DNA of 63,480 nt, counting the filler, from Octopus bimaculoides (taxonomy: Eukaryota): the NCBI RefSeq assembly GCF_001194135.2. It is 7 parts of 5 records of this genome, joined end to end, with 100 filler letters (N's around TTAATTAATTAA, not from the genome) between each part and the next. Parts side by side here need not be neighbours in the genome. Positions count along the whole stretch, not along the records: positions 1 to 28,895 come from NC_068990.1; positions 28,996 to 45,784 come from NC_068990.1; 5 more parts are not named here. One strand, given 5' to 3'. Below, piece after piece: positions 24,760 through 37,563 of this stretch. A program made the position numbers and the translations under genes. Within the stretch, counting starts at the first letter, position 1; every line of letters begins with the position of its first letter. The notes under the pieces are model-generated. The model was given only the letters and a program-made list of their open reading frames with translations. It ran no database searches and was not told the DNA's origin.

Positions 24760-25200
24760 CATATTCTACTGTATTCTCTGTATTCTATGTTCTAAGATAC
24801 CAACATGGCTTTCACATCTGGTATCTTGCCTCCTTCCAGCCACTTCAATATAAAAGTGAGTTCTCTGACCATTGGTCTGTCTCTAAGGATTTACCCGGGC
24901 TATCATTCATGTATGCCCAAGCTATGTACAGATAAGTTGGTTTTGTTTGTTCCCTCGTTTTCATCCACACATTCTACCCTGCTAACTCTAACCTGTCTTA
25001 ATTTAATTTCATTTATTGCTTGCTCTGTCTCTCCTTTTGTCACCATGTAAATTCATCTAAGTCGCCTCTCTCTTCATTATTGCCATGGGCCCAAAGTCAT
25101 TTCAATGTTTCCTTATCCGCGATGACCGCTGCCCTTTCCCGTCCTCACTACCCATACCAAAACCTCTCCCAGCAACCCTGCTCCCCGCTCCAGTAGTGTC
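24760..25200 (-). mobile_element. LINE APE-endonuclease relic
   Basis: Minus translation resembles DxGTNKTNLSV/'TxNQxDYI' region. Degenerate. Confidence 0.4.
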
Positions 25201-25399
25201 ACCCACATTGCTGCAATACAAACACTGTAGTTTGTTACTTTGCTCCAAAGAAAATAAAACTAAACGTGACCATGCAGTACTTAGTTTTATTGCTCAGATA
25301 TTTAATTATCTAATTAACTATATATAATGAATTAACTACCCTTATCTTATTTATTTAATTGTATTTGTACTAATGCTGGTATATGCACCTGTCTCCAAC

Positions 25400-27170
25400 G
25401 GAGGTCATCATCATCATCATCATCGTTTAACGTTCGTTTTCCATGCTGGCATGGGTTGGATGGTTCAACTGAGGTCTGAGAAGCCTGGAGGCTGCACCAG
25501 GCCCCAATCTGGTCTGGCAGTGTTTCTACAGCTGGATGCCCTTCCTAATGCCAATCACTCTGAGAGTGTAGCGTGTGATTTTTACGTGCCACTGGCACAA
25601 GGGGCCAGAGGAGCTGGCATCGACCACGATCGGATGGTGCTTTTTACATGCCACCAGCACTGAAGCCAGTCAAGGTGGCACTGGCATCAGCCACGTTTGG
25701 ATGGTGCGTTTTACGTGCTACTGGCACGGGGTTCACAACTACAATTTCCATTTGATTTGATTTTGATATTGCTGATGTTCATGTACTTGACTCAAAAGTT
25801 CTCAAGTACAGTATGTTGCCCTACAATTCAAGGTACTTTTGAGTGGGCAGGTTATTGTGACACGGTATAGGTTACAGCTGTGGACTCCGGGTCTTCTCAG
25901 TCGCAGTGTACCTCCAGAGGTCTCGGTCTTTTGTCATTGCCTCTGTGAGGCCCAACATTCAAAGGTCATGCTTCACCACCTCATCCCATGGCTTCCTGGG
26001 TCTCCCTCTACCCTGGATTCCTTCCACTGTTTGGGAGTGGCACTTCTTCACACAATTCTCCTTGTCTGTCTGTAGTACATGACCATACCAGCGCAAACAT
26101 CTCTCTTGCATGCAACATCCGATGCTTCTTATGTCCAACATTTCTCTCAGGGCACTTACATTCTGTTGTGTGTGCACACTGACATTACACATCCAGTGGA
26201 TCATGCTAGCTTCATTTCTTTCGAGCCGACACATGTCTTCAGCAGTCACGGCCCGTGTTTCACTGCTGTGAAGCATGGCAGTTCGCACACATGCATCATG
26301 CAATCTACTTTTCACTCTGAGCAAGAGGCCCTTTATCACCAGTAAGGGTAGAAGCTTTCTGAACTTTGCCCAGGCAAAGTGGTAACACTCTCTGAGCATC
26401 CACCCCCACTTCAGACTTGGTCACCTAGGTAGTGGAAGCTATCAACTACTTCTAGTTTCTTCCCCTGGCATGTGATGGAATCTGTTTTCTGAGTATCTGT
26501 GGTGTTTATTGCCCCTGTGCATCTGTTGCACGTGAAAGCTATCTTCCCAGTTAATCTTCCTTTGATGTTGCTGCACCTCTTATGTGTCCATAGCTTACAC
26601 TGGGTACATCTTATGGAATTTCTACCTATACCTTTTCTACAGATCGAGCAGGACCACCCACTTGAAGGGGTTTGTGATGTGTTTGCCTTCCTACTTACTA
26701 GAACTTTGGTCTTTGCAACATTGACTCTAAGGCCCTTCGATTCTAAACCTTGCTTCAAAACCTGAAATTTCTTCTCTAGTTCTGGTAGTGATTCTGCTAT
26801 GTGGGCCAGACCATCAGCATAGAGGAGGTCCCAGGGGCAACCTGTCTTAAATTCCTCTGTTATTGCCAGGAGGACTATGATGAATAAATGGGGGCTGAGG
26901 GCTGATCCTTGGTGGACCCCTACTTCTACCCAGAATTCTTCACTATACTCATTTCCAATCCTAACCCTACTGATGGCATCTCTGTATAGGGCCTGTACAG
27001 CCCTTATTAACCATTCATCAATCCCCACTTCCGCATCACCCACCAGATAAGGGATCGAGGGACCCTGTCAAAGGCTTCCTCCTAGTCCACAAAAGCCAAA
27101 CATAGAGGTTTATCTTTGGCTAGGTATTTCTCCTGCAGTTGCCGTACTAGGAAAATAGCATCAGTAGTGC
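25400..27170 (-). mobile_element. RTE LINE, 5'-truncated, decayed, with tail
   Basis: ORFs 26411-27043 (GVHQGSALSP, LLYADG) and 25959-26399 (RWYGHV, GRGRPRK); tail catcatcatcgtttaacg at ~25410. Confidence 0.9.
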
Positions 27171-27329
27171 TTAGGTGACAATAATTAATCAGTTTGCATT
27201 TTTTTTAATGTATTTACTTGTATCTATATTAACATTTCTTGTACTAATGCTTGTATAGCACCCACTTCCAGTTGAACAGCAGGTGTAACATGAATGATGG
27301 TAAATTAAATGCAAAGACAACTGTTATGT

Positions 27330-28870
27330 CTGTTGGCAAACGTACATTAGAAGCTTCTTTTTAGATGTTGAAAGTTGCAGTTGCCCCATCAAAAATAAGC
27401 CTCTGTACTTGGCTTTTGTTGACATGGAGAATGCCATTGACAGGGTTCTCTGCTCCTTTACTTGATGGTCAGTGCAGAAACTTGGGATAGATGAGTGGTT
27501 GGTGAAAGTTGTAAAAGCCATGTACAGGGATGCTGTCAGTAAGGTGAGAGTTGGCAACAAGTATAGTAATGAATTCAGTATATAAGTAGAAGTTCACCAA
27601 GGATCAGTCCTCAGCCCCCTCTTGTTCATTATAATCCTTCAGGCAATAACAGGAATTTTAACTTGGGCTGCTCTTAGGAGTTCCTCCATGCTGATGACCT
27701 TGTTCTTATAGCTGAATCACTACCAGAACTAGAGAAGAAATTCCAGGTGTGGAAGCAAGGTTTGGAATCAAAGTGCCTTAGAGTTAATTTAGTAAGTAGG
27801 AAAACAGACAACTCACAGATCCCTTCAGGGAGATTGCCTTGCTTGATATGTAGAAAAGGTGTAAGTAGAAACTTCATAAGGTGTACCTGGTGAAAGCTAT
27901 GGATGCATAAGAAGTGGAGTAATATCAAAGGAAGGTTAACAGACAAAGTAGTCTTTGTGTGTGGTAGATGTATAAGTACAATAAACACTAGAAATGTACA
28001 GAAAATAGACTCCATCAAATGCCAGTGGGGACACTTAGTAGTTGATAGTTTCCATTATATGGGTGACCAAGTCAGTAGTAGAGGCAAATGCTCTGAGAGC
28101 ATAGCTACTAGAATAAGACTAGGCAAAATTCAGAGAGCTTCTACCTTTGGTGGTAACAAAGGGCCTCTCTCTCAAAGTGAAAGCAGATTGTATGATGCCT
28201 GCATATGAACAGCTATGCTACATGGCAGTGAAACATGAGCTATGACTACAGAGAACTTGCGAAGGCTTGAAAGAAATGAAGCTAGCATGCTTTGCTGGAT
28301 GTGCAATGTCAGTGTGCATGTACAACAGAGTGTATCCATATTAAGATAAAAATTGGGCATAAGAGGTATGTAAGAGAGGTATGTGGTGTGTAAGAGAGAA
28401 GACTGCGCTGATATGGTCATGTGATGCATATGGATGAGAACAGCTGCATGAAGAAGTGCCAATCTTTAACTGTGGAGGGGACCTATGGAAGAAGTAAACT
28501 GAAGAAGACAGGGACAAGGTGGTGAAGCATGATCTTTGAATGTTGGGTCTTACGGAAGCAATGAAAGATGATCGAGATCTTTAGCAATTTGCTGTGCTTG
28601 AGAAGACTTGTCAAACGAAGTGAAATTGTAGTCATGGACAGTACCAGCAACACATAAAAAGCACCCATGCCAGCAACATGTATAAGGTACCAGTGCCTGT
28701 GACACATAAAAGGCACCCACTACACTCTTGGAGTGGTTGGCATTAGGAAGGGCATCAAGTCATAGAAACCAGGCCAAAACAGAAAGGCCTGGTACAGCTC
28801 TCCAGTTTACCAGTTTCAGTCAAATCGCCTAACCCATGTCAGTATAGAAAACGGACGCTAAATGATGGTG
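27330..28870 (+). mobile_element. RTE LINE, 5'-truncated, decayed, with tail
   Basis: LYLAFVDMENAIDRV, VHQGSVLSPLLF; tail ggcattaggaagggcatc...cggacgctaaatgatgg. Confidence 0.9.
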
Positions 28871-29209
28871 TAATATATATATATATATATATATANNNNN
28901 NNNNNNNNNNNNNNNNNNNNNNNNNNNNNNNNNNNNNNNTTAATTAATTAANNNNNNNNNNNNNNNNNNNNNNNNNNNNNNNNNNNNNNNNNNNNTATAT
29001 ATATATATAAACAAATAATAAATGAGTATATGCATATATACGTACAGGTATGTGCATACCTACGTCTACCTGTATATATAGGTGCATATCTGGGTACAGG
29101 ACATTGCAAACAAAACGTAGACAAGAAAATAATAATAGCACGAGTATAGAAAACACACAAGCCACATAGAGAACATTTTCCTTCATCAGCTACCCCCGTT
29201 TTAACACCG

Positions 29210-29335
29210 GCGTTGTCTACCAAAACCACTCACAAGGCTTTTGTCAGCACGTGCCCTAGGTGCCACACAGTGGGACTGAACCCGAAGCCATGCAGTTTGT
29301 AAGCAAGCTACTTACCACACAGCCACTGCTACGCC
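29210..29335 (-). mobile_element. tRNA-derived SINE family A
   Basis: Reverse complement of gtggctgtgtggtaagtagcttgcttac...gggttcagtcccactg. Confidence 0.8.
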
Positions 29336-29569
29336 TCTTATGCTAATAGTTATTTTAATAGACTCTGGACGGAAGGTAAAATGGGCGTGGCAATTTTAAG
29401 TGACAGTAACATGGAACTGAACTTTAATAAAGTAACTTGGCATCACATTTTACTGAAAACTAAACTAAAAATCAATAAAACAAATACAAAATACTGATCA
29501 TCAATATTCGTAAACAGTAAAATACTTCAGCTAAAGCTAACTACATCCTGTAGGCACAGAGTCAGAAAC

Positions 29570-29755
29570 ATTGGGATGAGGGGATAAGTTGAATACATCA
29601 ACTCTAGTGCTCAAGTAGTACTTATTTCATCGACCCAGAAAAGATTAAATCAAAGTCGACCTACTCGTAATTTGATCTCTGAACGCTGTGTGTTGGAAGA
29701 AATGCGACTGAACATATTGTTCGACGGTTAACGATTCTGCAAGCTCACCGCTTTA
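29570..29755 (-). mobile_element. SINE family B
   Basis: Reverse complement of gcggtgagcttgcagaatcgtt...gggtcgatgaaataagtac. Confidence 0.75.
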
Positions 29756-30570
29756 CTTGCAATAGTGATATTTGTTATGTCTTGACAACGTTTGCCCTTG
29801 GTTTAAAAGCAGTTATAGATATGCCCTTGGCGTTAGATACTATTCAGTTCTAATAGAATAACTAAGCAAAATTCAAACAACGCTGGAGAGAAAAGAGTTC
29901 ACGCGGAAGCAAGAGAAAGAATAGAACGATCAGTTAGTCAACGTGTCCACAGGTCACTTGTATAAAGTTGATTACAAAGCTAACTTTTCTTTTTTCACGC
30001 CCCGGTTATCACGAAAAGAAATTATTCTGTTTGTTTATTTGTTTCGTCCTGTTTTTAGTATATCATGTGTTCCGCTTGACCATCAAAGCGTGTCAGAAAA
30101 TGTGTCTGTCTTCTATGCTACTTCAAGGAATATGTAAATATATTTGTTAGACGAGAGCAAAGTGTAGTGTGGCGAGGCTAAAAAGAATTAAATAACGGGA
30201 ACAAATTATTAAAATGAAGGGTAACCTTCCTTTTATAGATTAATAATAAAAATGCGAGTAAGAAAAAGAATGGGAGAAGGCTTACAACATAAAGAAAATG
30301 ACCTGTTAAAAGAGGAGGTAAAAGTTAAAAGGAAAAGATGTAGTTGTAAATAACTTTGAAAGATGAGAAGCGTAAGATCTATGAAGAAGCAAAATGGCTG
30401 ATTGAAGATGAGAAGTTTTTATATTTTTTTTATATATATAGTGTTTTTTTTCTCTTCTTTTGAGTGAGATGAATGGAAGCATAATATTACTTTAATTTGT
30501 AAACCTACTTAAAGAGATAAACAGTCCAAATATCTAGTTGATTAGCTGCCAATCTTGGCAGATTTTGTGA

Positions 30571-30896
30571 AACCTAATTGAGCTGACCTATGAAGAAAGG
30601 CACTCCAGCCGTGACCATTCTATATCTTTCTTATGGGCAGGACTACATTATCCAGTGTGGGTTTTTTTTTTTCTAAAGCTCTAGGGTTTGATTTGAGGGA
30701 GCTTTGACTTCTAATCGCTACGACTAACCCTAACCCTAACCCTCAACCTAATTGAGCTGACCTATGAAGAAAGGTACCCTAGCCGTGACCATTCTATATC
30801 TTTCTTATGGGCAGGACTACATTATCCAGTGTGGGGGGTTTTTTCTAAAGCTCTAGGCTTTGATTTGAGGGAGCTTTGACTTCTAATCGCTACGAC
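30571..30896 (+). repeat. Tandem duplication (~153 bp x2) with (TAACCC)3 at the junction
   Basis: Copies at 30571-30724 and 30745-30896; junction taaccctaaccctaaccctc. Confidence 0.92.
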
Positions 30897-31004
30897 GTAG
30901 TCTTCGTTCTTGGCTCACATCTCAGCAGTAGATGTCGTCCGGTCGCTACAAGCAAGTCCTAAATCTGACATAAACACTGCTCCTGCTGCGATAACTACAA
31001 CTGT

Positions 31005-31051
<47 letters not shown>

Positions 31052-32571
31052 TGTGGCCTTACTACTGCTGCGACGGCCACTACTTCAGCTGCAAACGCTT
31101 CTATTACTTCTGCCGCAGATGTTGCTGCAACAAAAACAGCAACAGCAGCAGCAACAACTACTACTTCATCTTGATAATTATTCATTGACACAATCTTCAG
31201 ACACTGAAGCAAAAGATGAATTCATTTGCTCCACTTCCTTTTCACTTTCTTTCTTTCTTTCTTTCTTTNNNNNNNNNNNNNNNNNNNNNNNNNNNNNNNN
31301 NNNNNNNNNNNNNNNNNNNNNNNNNNNNNNNNNNNNNNNNNNNNNNNNNNNNNNNNNNNNNNNNNNNNNNNNNNNNNNNNNNNNNNNNNNNNNNNNNNNN
31401 NNNNNNNNNNNNNNNNNNNNNNNNNNNNNNNNNNNNNNNNNNNNNNNNNNNNNNNNNNNNNNNNNNNNNNNNNNNNNNNNNNNNNNNNNNNNNNNNNNNN
31501 NNNNNNNNNNNNNNNNNNNNNNNNNNNNNNNNNNNNCTTTCTCTTGAAACTACTGTCGTACTATATATCCTCTTGCCCGCGTATCTCTTACTGTGCCTAT
31601 GTGTCGGTTTATGTAAGAGAAACAACAAATAAAGACTGAAGAGAGAGAGAGAGAGAGGGGGGGGGGAATTGAAATATGGGACAAGAGAAACAGAGAGAAA
31701 ACAAGGAAAGGTGGGAGCAATGAATATAGGGTGAAAGTCGAGACAGAGATAGTCAAATACATGAAGAATCAGATAAGGTGATGAATGTGATAGCAGAAGA
31801 ATAAAGAGACAAAAAAAAATGATGAAAATGATAAAAAAAAAAAAGTCTACTAGAAATTGGAGAGGACGAGGAATGATTGAGGGAAAGAGCGAGAGAGAGG
31901 TGGGGAGGAGGGGTAGGTCTCTTGAAAGCCAGAAGCAGAGAAACAATGATAGGCTACAGACAGAACAACAAAAGCAGTCACTAGAATATGTATCTATGAC
32001 ACTGAAATTTATGATCAGCGGGAAACCTGTGGCCTGAAGGTTAAGAAGGAGAACATCAGCTTTCACTCATGCAAATTGGGAAAATCTATATAACTCGTCC
32101 GATTACTCTTAGAATAGCCTTACTTAGTGTTATATTATATGTATTTGACTTAGCCAGAGGTAATGGAGCAATCGGTTGAGAGCCGCTTACTTCAATTGTA
32201 ATCCCGAGTTTGACACTTCAGTGTTTTGTCGTTGTTCTAAGATCACGATGTGCCTGAAACCATTTTGGCTTTCAGTTCTTCTTGCTTCGACTAAAGCTTT
32301 TATTCTACCGAAAATATTTTAAGCTCATTCAAACTAATTTATTAGATTTGTCTACTTTTGACCTTGATTAGTTTTCTATGTGACTTTAATATCAATTTCT
32401 TTAACGCAAAGTTCTCTACTGTGTGTGCGGAGATAGTTTACAGTAAGAGAGAACTGCGAAACAGCATTAACACCTTGGTTAATGGCTGTTTCAAATGATT
32501 ACTTATACAAACACTTTTGACAAATGTCTCAATAGTTTGCGTCTTTCTGGATGTGGAGTTAGTGGAATATT

Positions 32572-33014
32572 CTTTTCTACTCTAGGCACAAGGCACGAAA
32601 TTTTATTGTGGGGAGGGGGCCGGTCGATTAGATCGACCGCAGTACACAATTGGTACTTAATTTATCGACCCTGAAAGGATGAAGGACAAAGTCGAGCTCG
32701 GCGGAATTTGAACCCAGAACGTAAAGACAGACAAAATACCACGAAGCATTTCGCCCGGCGTGCTAACGTTTCTTATTTCTTTATTGCCCACAGGGGGCAA
32801 TAAAGGGGACATAGAGGGGACAAACAAGGACAGACAAAGGGATTGAGTCGATTACATCGACGCCAGTGCGTAACTGGTACTTAATTTATCGACTCCGAAA
32901 GGATGAAAGGCAAAGTTGAGCTCGGTGGAATTTGAACTCAGAGCGTAGCGGCAGACGAAATACCGCTAAGCATTTTGCCCGGTGTGCTAACGTTTCTGCT
33001 AGCTCACCGCGTTT
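32572..33014 (-). mobile_element. Dimeric SINE (two family-B units) with 16-bp TSD
   Basis: TSD gagttagtggaatatt at 32556-32571 and 33015-33030. Two homologous units joined by a ccctttgtctgtcc...gggcaataaagaaataagaaa linker. Confidence 0.88.
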
Positions 33015-33182
33015 GAGTTAGTGGAATATTGTCGAATTACCTAGTATATATTTATTGAATCTACCCAGATAAATCAAATATATAATCTGGTAGGATTCAA
33101 ACTCAAGAACGAAACAAAGGACTGCTATATATGTTTGTGTTTGCTTTAATTTTATTTAGTTTAGTTTAGCTATACTATTACT

Positions 33183-33484
33183 GGCACTTCGTCGGTTACT
33201 TCGTTGAGGGTTCCAATTGATCCGATGAACGGAACAACTTGCTCGCGAAATTAACGTACATGTGGCTGAGCACTCCACTGGCATATGCATCCTTAACATA
33301 GTTCTCGGGGGGATTCAGCGTGACAAGACTGGCCCTTTGAAATACAGGTTGTATACATTTTTGTCAGCTAAGTAGACTGGAGCAATGTGTCATGATCAAG
33401 GACACAACGAGTCTCCGAGAATTGAACTCACGATCTTATGATAGTGAGTCGAATATCCTAACCACTAAACCACGCGCCTTCACA
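33183..33484 (-). mobile_element. SINE family C
   Basis: Homologous to 22338-22705. Confidence 0.82.
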
Positions 33485-33522
33485 GTTCATCTATATATGT
33501 CTTATATAACTACGATCTAAAT

Positions 33523-33819
33523 CAGGGGTTTTCAAACTTTTTGACTTGCGGACCCCTTTATATTTCAGACTTTACCTTAGGGACCCCTTTATAGACACTT
33601 ATGGAATTTATACATAAATATTTGCTTAAAATAATATATATTTTTACATTTATTTATTTAACAGTATTTAACAAATAGGTTTATTGTCAATTAAAAGATT
33701 TCGATTAAAAAACATATATAAAATCAAATTGCCCATAAAAAGTATTTGCTGTCCACGGACCCCCTGTCTTGTCCTTGCGGACTCCCTGTGGTCCGCGGAC
33801 CACAGTTTGAAAACCCCTG
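33523..33819. mobile_element. hAT-type MITE (297 bp)
   Basis: TIR CAGGGGTTTTCAAACT / AGTTTGAAAACCCCTG; 8-bp TSD atctaaat at 33515-33522 and 33820-33827. Confidence 0.93.
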
Positions 33820-35774
33820 ATCTAAATGACTTGCTATAATTATTATTCATTCAGGCTAAATGAAGAAAGCCTTTATGCAATAACCCACCTTGTAGAAATA
33901 GCAGTTAAATCTCTCCAAAATCCTACTTTACAATCTAAAAAAAAAAAAAAAGCAACAACAAAAACGAAGTATACATTGGGCAATGTGGACTTAGATGTAA
34001 AAGAAAATAATCGTAAAAACGTTGTTCTTGTGCATGACTTGAGACAAAACAATAACTATTTCCAAACTGACGTAGATTGCTATCATAAATTTTTTAAAGA
34101 ATCTTTTAGTAAGAAGAAAAGACTACCCATAATCTTTGCAGAGTGTCTGAAGCTGATGTAAGGGAGGAAGGCGGGCATTCTCAAATTGAATCTTTGACTT
34201 AAATCGGACGGTTCTAAACAATCTGCTATCTAAAGTTATGGTGGGATTTGAAATCAGAGCGCAAAGAGTCGGCACAAATATCGCAACAAATCTCATCCGA
34301 TGTTATTACAGCTCCATCGATCCACCATCTTGGATTAGTACATTTTTATCGATGACCTGGAAAAAGAATAAAAGGCAAAGTTAATCCCGGCCGGCAGAAT
34401 TTGATTAAAATGCAGAAGTGGGAACAGGTGTGAAACATTATGCGGAACACTGAAAAATCTGCCCATTTGTGACTGCAATTTTGACCGAGCGTATAACTGA
34501 ACGACTTAATAAACTATTTAATATTAAGTTACTACAATATATATCTGTTGCTGTGACTATGTGGCTATAATGACTGATTGATAAAATAACGATTTCTAAC
34601 ATCTGTCATGGATCGAAGAAAGTTAAAGTTAATTTAACCAATTTCAATCATGTAAGAGAGATAAATAAATCTGGGGTTGAGAAAGATACGAGGTTCAAGC
34701 CTCGTTGATATATCACACTAAAGGACAGATACTGATCTATCTGTTTTTGTCGTTTAGCCCTACTTCAGATCTATGGAGCAGATCTATGTTCAAAGGCTTC
34801 CCAGTCGTGACTATCACAAACTATTTTTACATTTTCGACTACATAATCCACTCCTTTGACAGCTGGCAGAATCTTTAACACGCCTGGAAAAATGTTTAGC
34901 GGTATTTTGTCCGAAAATTGAATGCAACTAAATGTTGCACTTGGATCTTAGTAGTAAGATAATTATGAAACAACGAATTGGGAACATCTTAAGGAATATT
35001 TAACACACTTCCGTCTGTTCTGCCGGACTTGAATTTCACTGTAAACCTTGGTAATACGACCAGGGAGGTGGATAGCACTTGTCCATATGCTTCCTCAAGT
35101 GTACGGAGGGAAGAAACGGTTTGACATTTCTTTCACAGATTAATTCTATAGCCACAAGTAACAAGTGTCCCCCCCCCAAAAAAAAAGACGTTTGCTATAA
35201 GCAAGAGACACATTATTACAAAGTTCAAGAAGGAACTCAGAATTTCTAGTATGACATCCTTTCAAAATATTTCTCTTTTAGAAAGGAAACTCTGCAAACA
35301 AAAAGTAGTTTCTTGAATTATATAGAGAAAACCACACACATTGTTACCTTCTCTACTAAATAACGTTTTTTCTTATCAAATTAACTTGTATCAGCGGCAA
35401 TCTCCTTCTGGCTCTGGGACGATTGACAAAGCCCTGTTTTTTTTAAATCTGTGGAACGCTTGTATTTGTTTCGCACAAGATTCCTCCCATCTTGTCAATA
35501 AAATACTTTGGTTCTGTAACAAAGTGTTGAAGAAGATTGATGGCAGCAAACTGTTTTACACATCATCATCAGTTACAGCCATTGACGGCAATATGACTCA
35601 CATTTGCTTGTTGTGCCAGATTTGGATCATTACCGTGACCCTGGTATGTGATTGACTATAATACAGCATATCAAACACAGAATTCCAGAAAAGTGGAATG
35701 GGGCTGTTTCATGAAATAAGCTATTTGAATACTAATTCTCTGCAGCGAAAACGTCACAGAAAAATATTGTATAC

Positions 35775-35990
35775 TCTCTTTTACTCTTTTACTTGTTTCA
35801 GTCATTTGACTGCGGCCATGCTGGAGCACCACCTTTAGTCGAACAAATCGACCCCAGGATTTATTCTTTGTAAGCCTAGTTCTTATTCTATCGGTCTTTT
35901 TTGCCGAACCACTAAGTTACGGGGACGTAAACGCACCCCCATCGGTTGTCAAGCGATGTTGGAGGGACAAACACAGACACACAAACATAT

Positions 35991-36049
<59 letters not shown>

Positions 36050-36215
36050 TACGACGGGCTTCTTTCAATTTCCGTCTACCAAATCCACTCACAAGGCTTT
36101 GGTCGGCCCGAGGCTATAGTAGAAGACACTTGCCCAAGGTGCCACGCAGTGGGACTGAACCCGGAACCATGTGGTTGGTAAGCAAGCTACTTACCACACA
36201 GCCACTCCTGCGCCT
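35775..36215 (-). mobile_element. Composite SINE: family A head, (CA)/(TA)n, family D tail
   Basis: A head at 36050-36215, (TA)n at 36003-36045, D part at 35775-35975 ending ...atgactgaaacaagtaaaaagag. Confidence 0.8.
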
Positions 36216-36239
36216 ATGAACAAAATTTTACAAAATCCA

Positions 36240-36540
36240 TCCCCTCGACCAGAGTTCATATGACCCTTGAGAGTTCATATGACCCTTAGGAGTTTATATG
36301 ACCTTTGGGGGTTCATATAAAATTTTGTTGTTAAAGTTTATATGCAATAAATGGATTATACTTCTACAATACAAAAAATATTTTAACCATTTTTTAAATA
36401 TGATTCCTAATATTTAATTATAAAAATATATTAGGATTTTTTTGAAACTTCAAATAGCTATGGGGGTCCAGTGGAGTAAAATAGGAATCAAAGAGGTTCA
36501 TAGGCGAAAAATGGTTGAGAAACCTTGCTTTAGAATCGCA
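36240..36540. mobile_element. hAT-like MITE relic with short tandem gagttcatatgaccctt units
   Basis: Ends ggttgagaaaccttgc-tttagaat. Related to 40660-40855 and 62390-62620. Confidence 0.55.
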
Positions 36541-36834
36541 GCTTATTTCATACTGAAAACACAATGATGTCCCTGCTCAATTCGTTTAATTAAAACAAAA
36601 GAACAATTATTTTAACCAAGAAAGTTGCGGACCCCCATAGCTATTTGAAGTTTCAAAAAAATCCTAATATAGTTTTATAACCAAGAAAGTTGCGGAAACC
36701 AAATGTATATTCAAATGAGGACTCATAATGTTTGAAGAATGTAAAGGTCTAGAAGTGAATCATGGAATTCAATTTGGCTTTTTATAAACCATCAATTCTA
36801 ACAGTTAAGACATATAAACATTGATGTCAGATTT

Positions 36835-37015
36835 TGGCCCAAGATTAGTGATTTTGGGGGAAGGAGTAAGTCAACTAGTACTTATTTTATCGAACCTGAA
36901 AGGATGTATAGCAAAGTCGACCCCAACGGCATTTGAACTCAAAACGTAAAGGCGGAAGAAAGGCTGCTAAGCATATTGCTCGATATGGTAGCTACCCTAC
37001 CAGTTCACCGCCTTA
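36835..37015 (-). mobile_element. SINE family B
   Basis: Homologous to the 32572-33014 units. Confidence 0.75.
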
Positions 37016-37497
37016 GAAGTATATATATTACAAAATGAAATTAAAAGAATATCAAAACTTTCGGAAGTGGGTTGTTTTATTGAGTGCATGTGTATATATA
37101 TACGTGTGTCTGACTATGTGTGTGTATAGATATGAGTGTATACAAATATATACATGTAAACGAGAGTGAGAGAGGCACATAAATGCATTTGAGGTGTGCA
37201 TACGGTTTGTCATTCATGTGACCGTGTGATCTAAGCTAAGATAACCTTCTACTCTTCAGTTTAAACAAACAGAACCGACTGCGTTCCTTACGTTTAAGCT
37301 TTTATTCATATATAGCAACAGTATCTACTTGCTTTTTAGTCTCGGAAACCGACAGGATCATACCTGCCAGTTTCGAAGTTTATGCAAAATCACTGGATGA
37401 TCCACATGAAAATATCTCTAATCTCCCAAGATATACGATTCCTTATTATGGGAATTGTCTTCGAAATCTCTTTACGTTCTTTCCCTTTTTCTCCCCG

Positions 37498-37563
<66 letters not shown>

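Noticed and set aside
30910-31212. Poly-T/S/Q ORFs
   Set aside because: (ACT)n/(AGC)n microsatellites with no splice context or homology. Not the missing IWS1 N-terminus.
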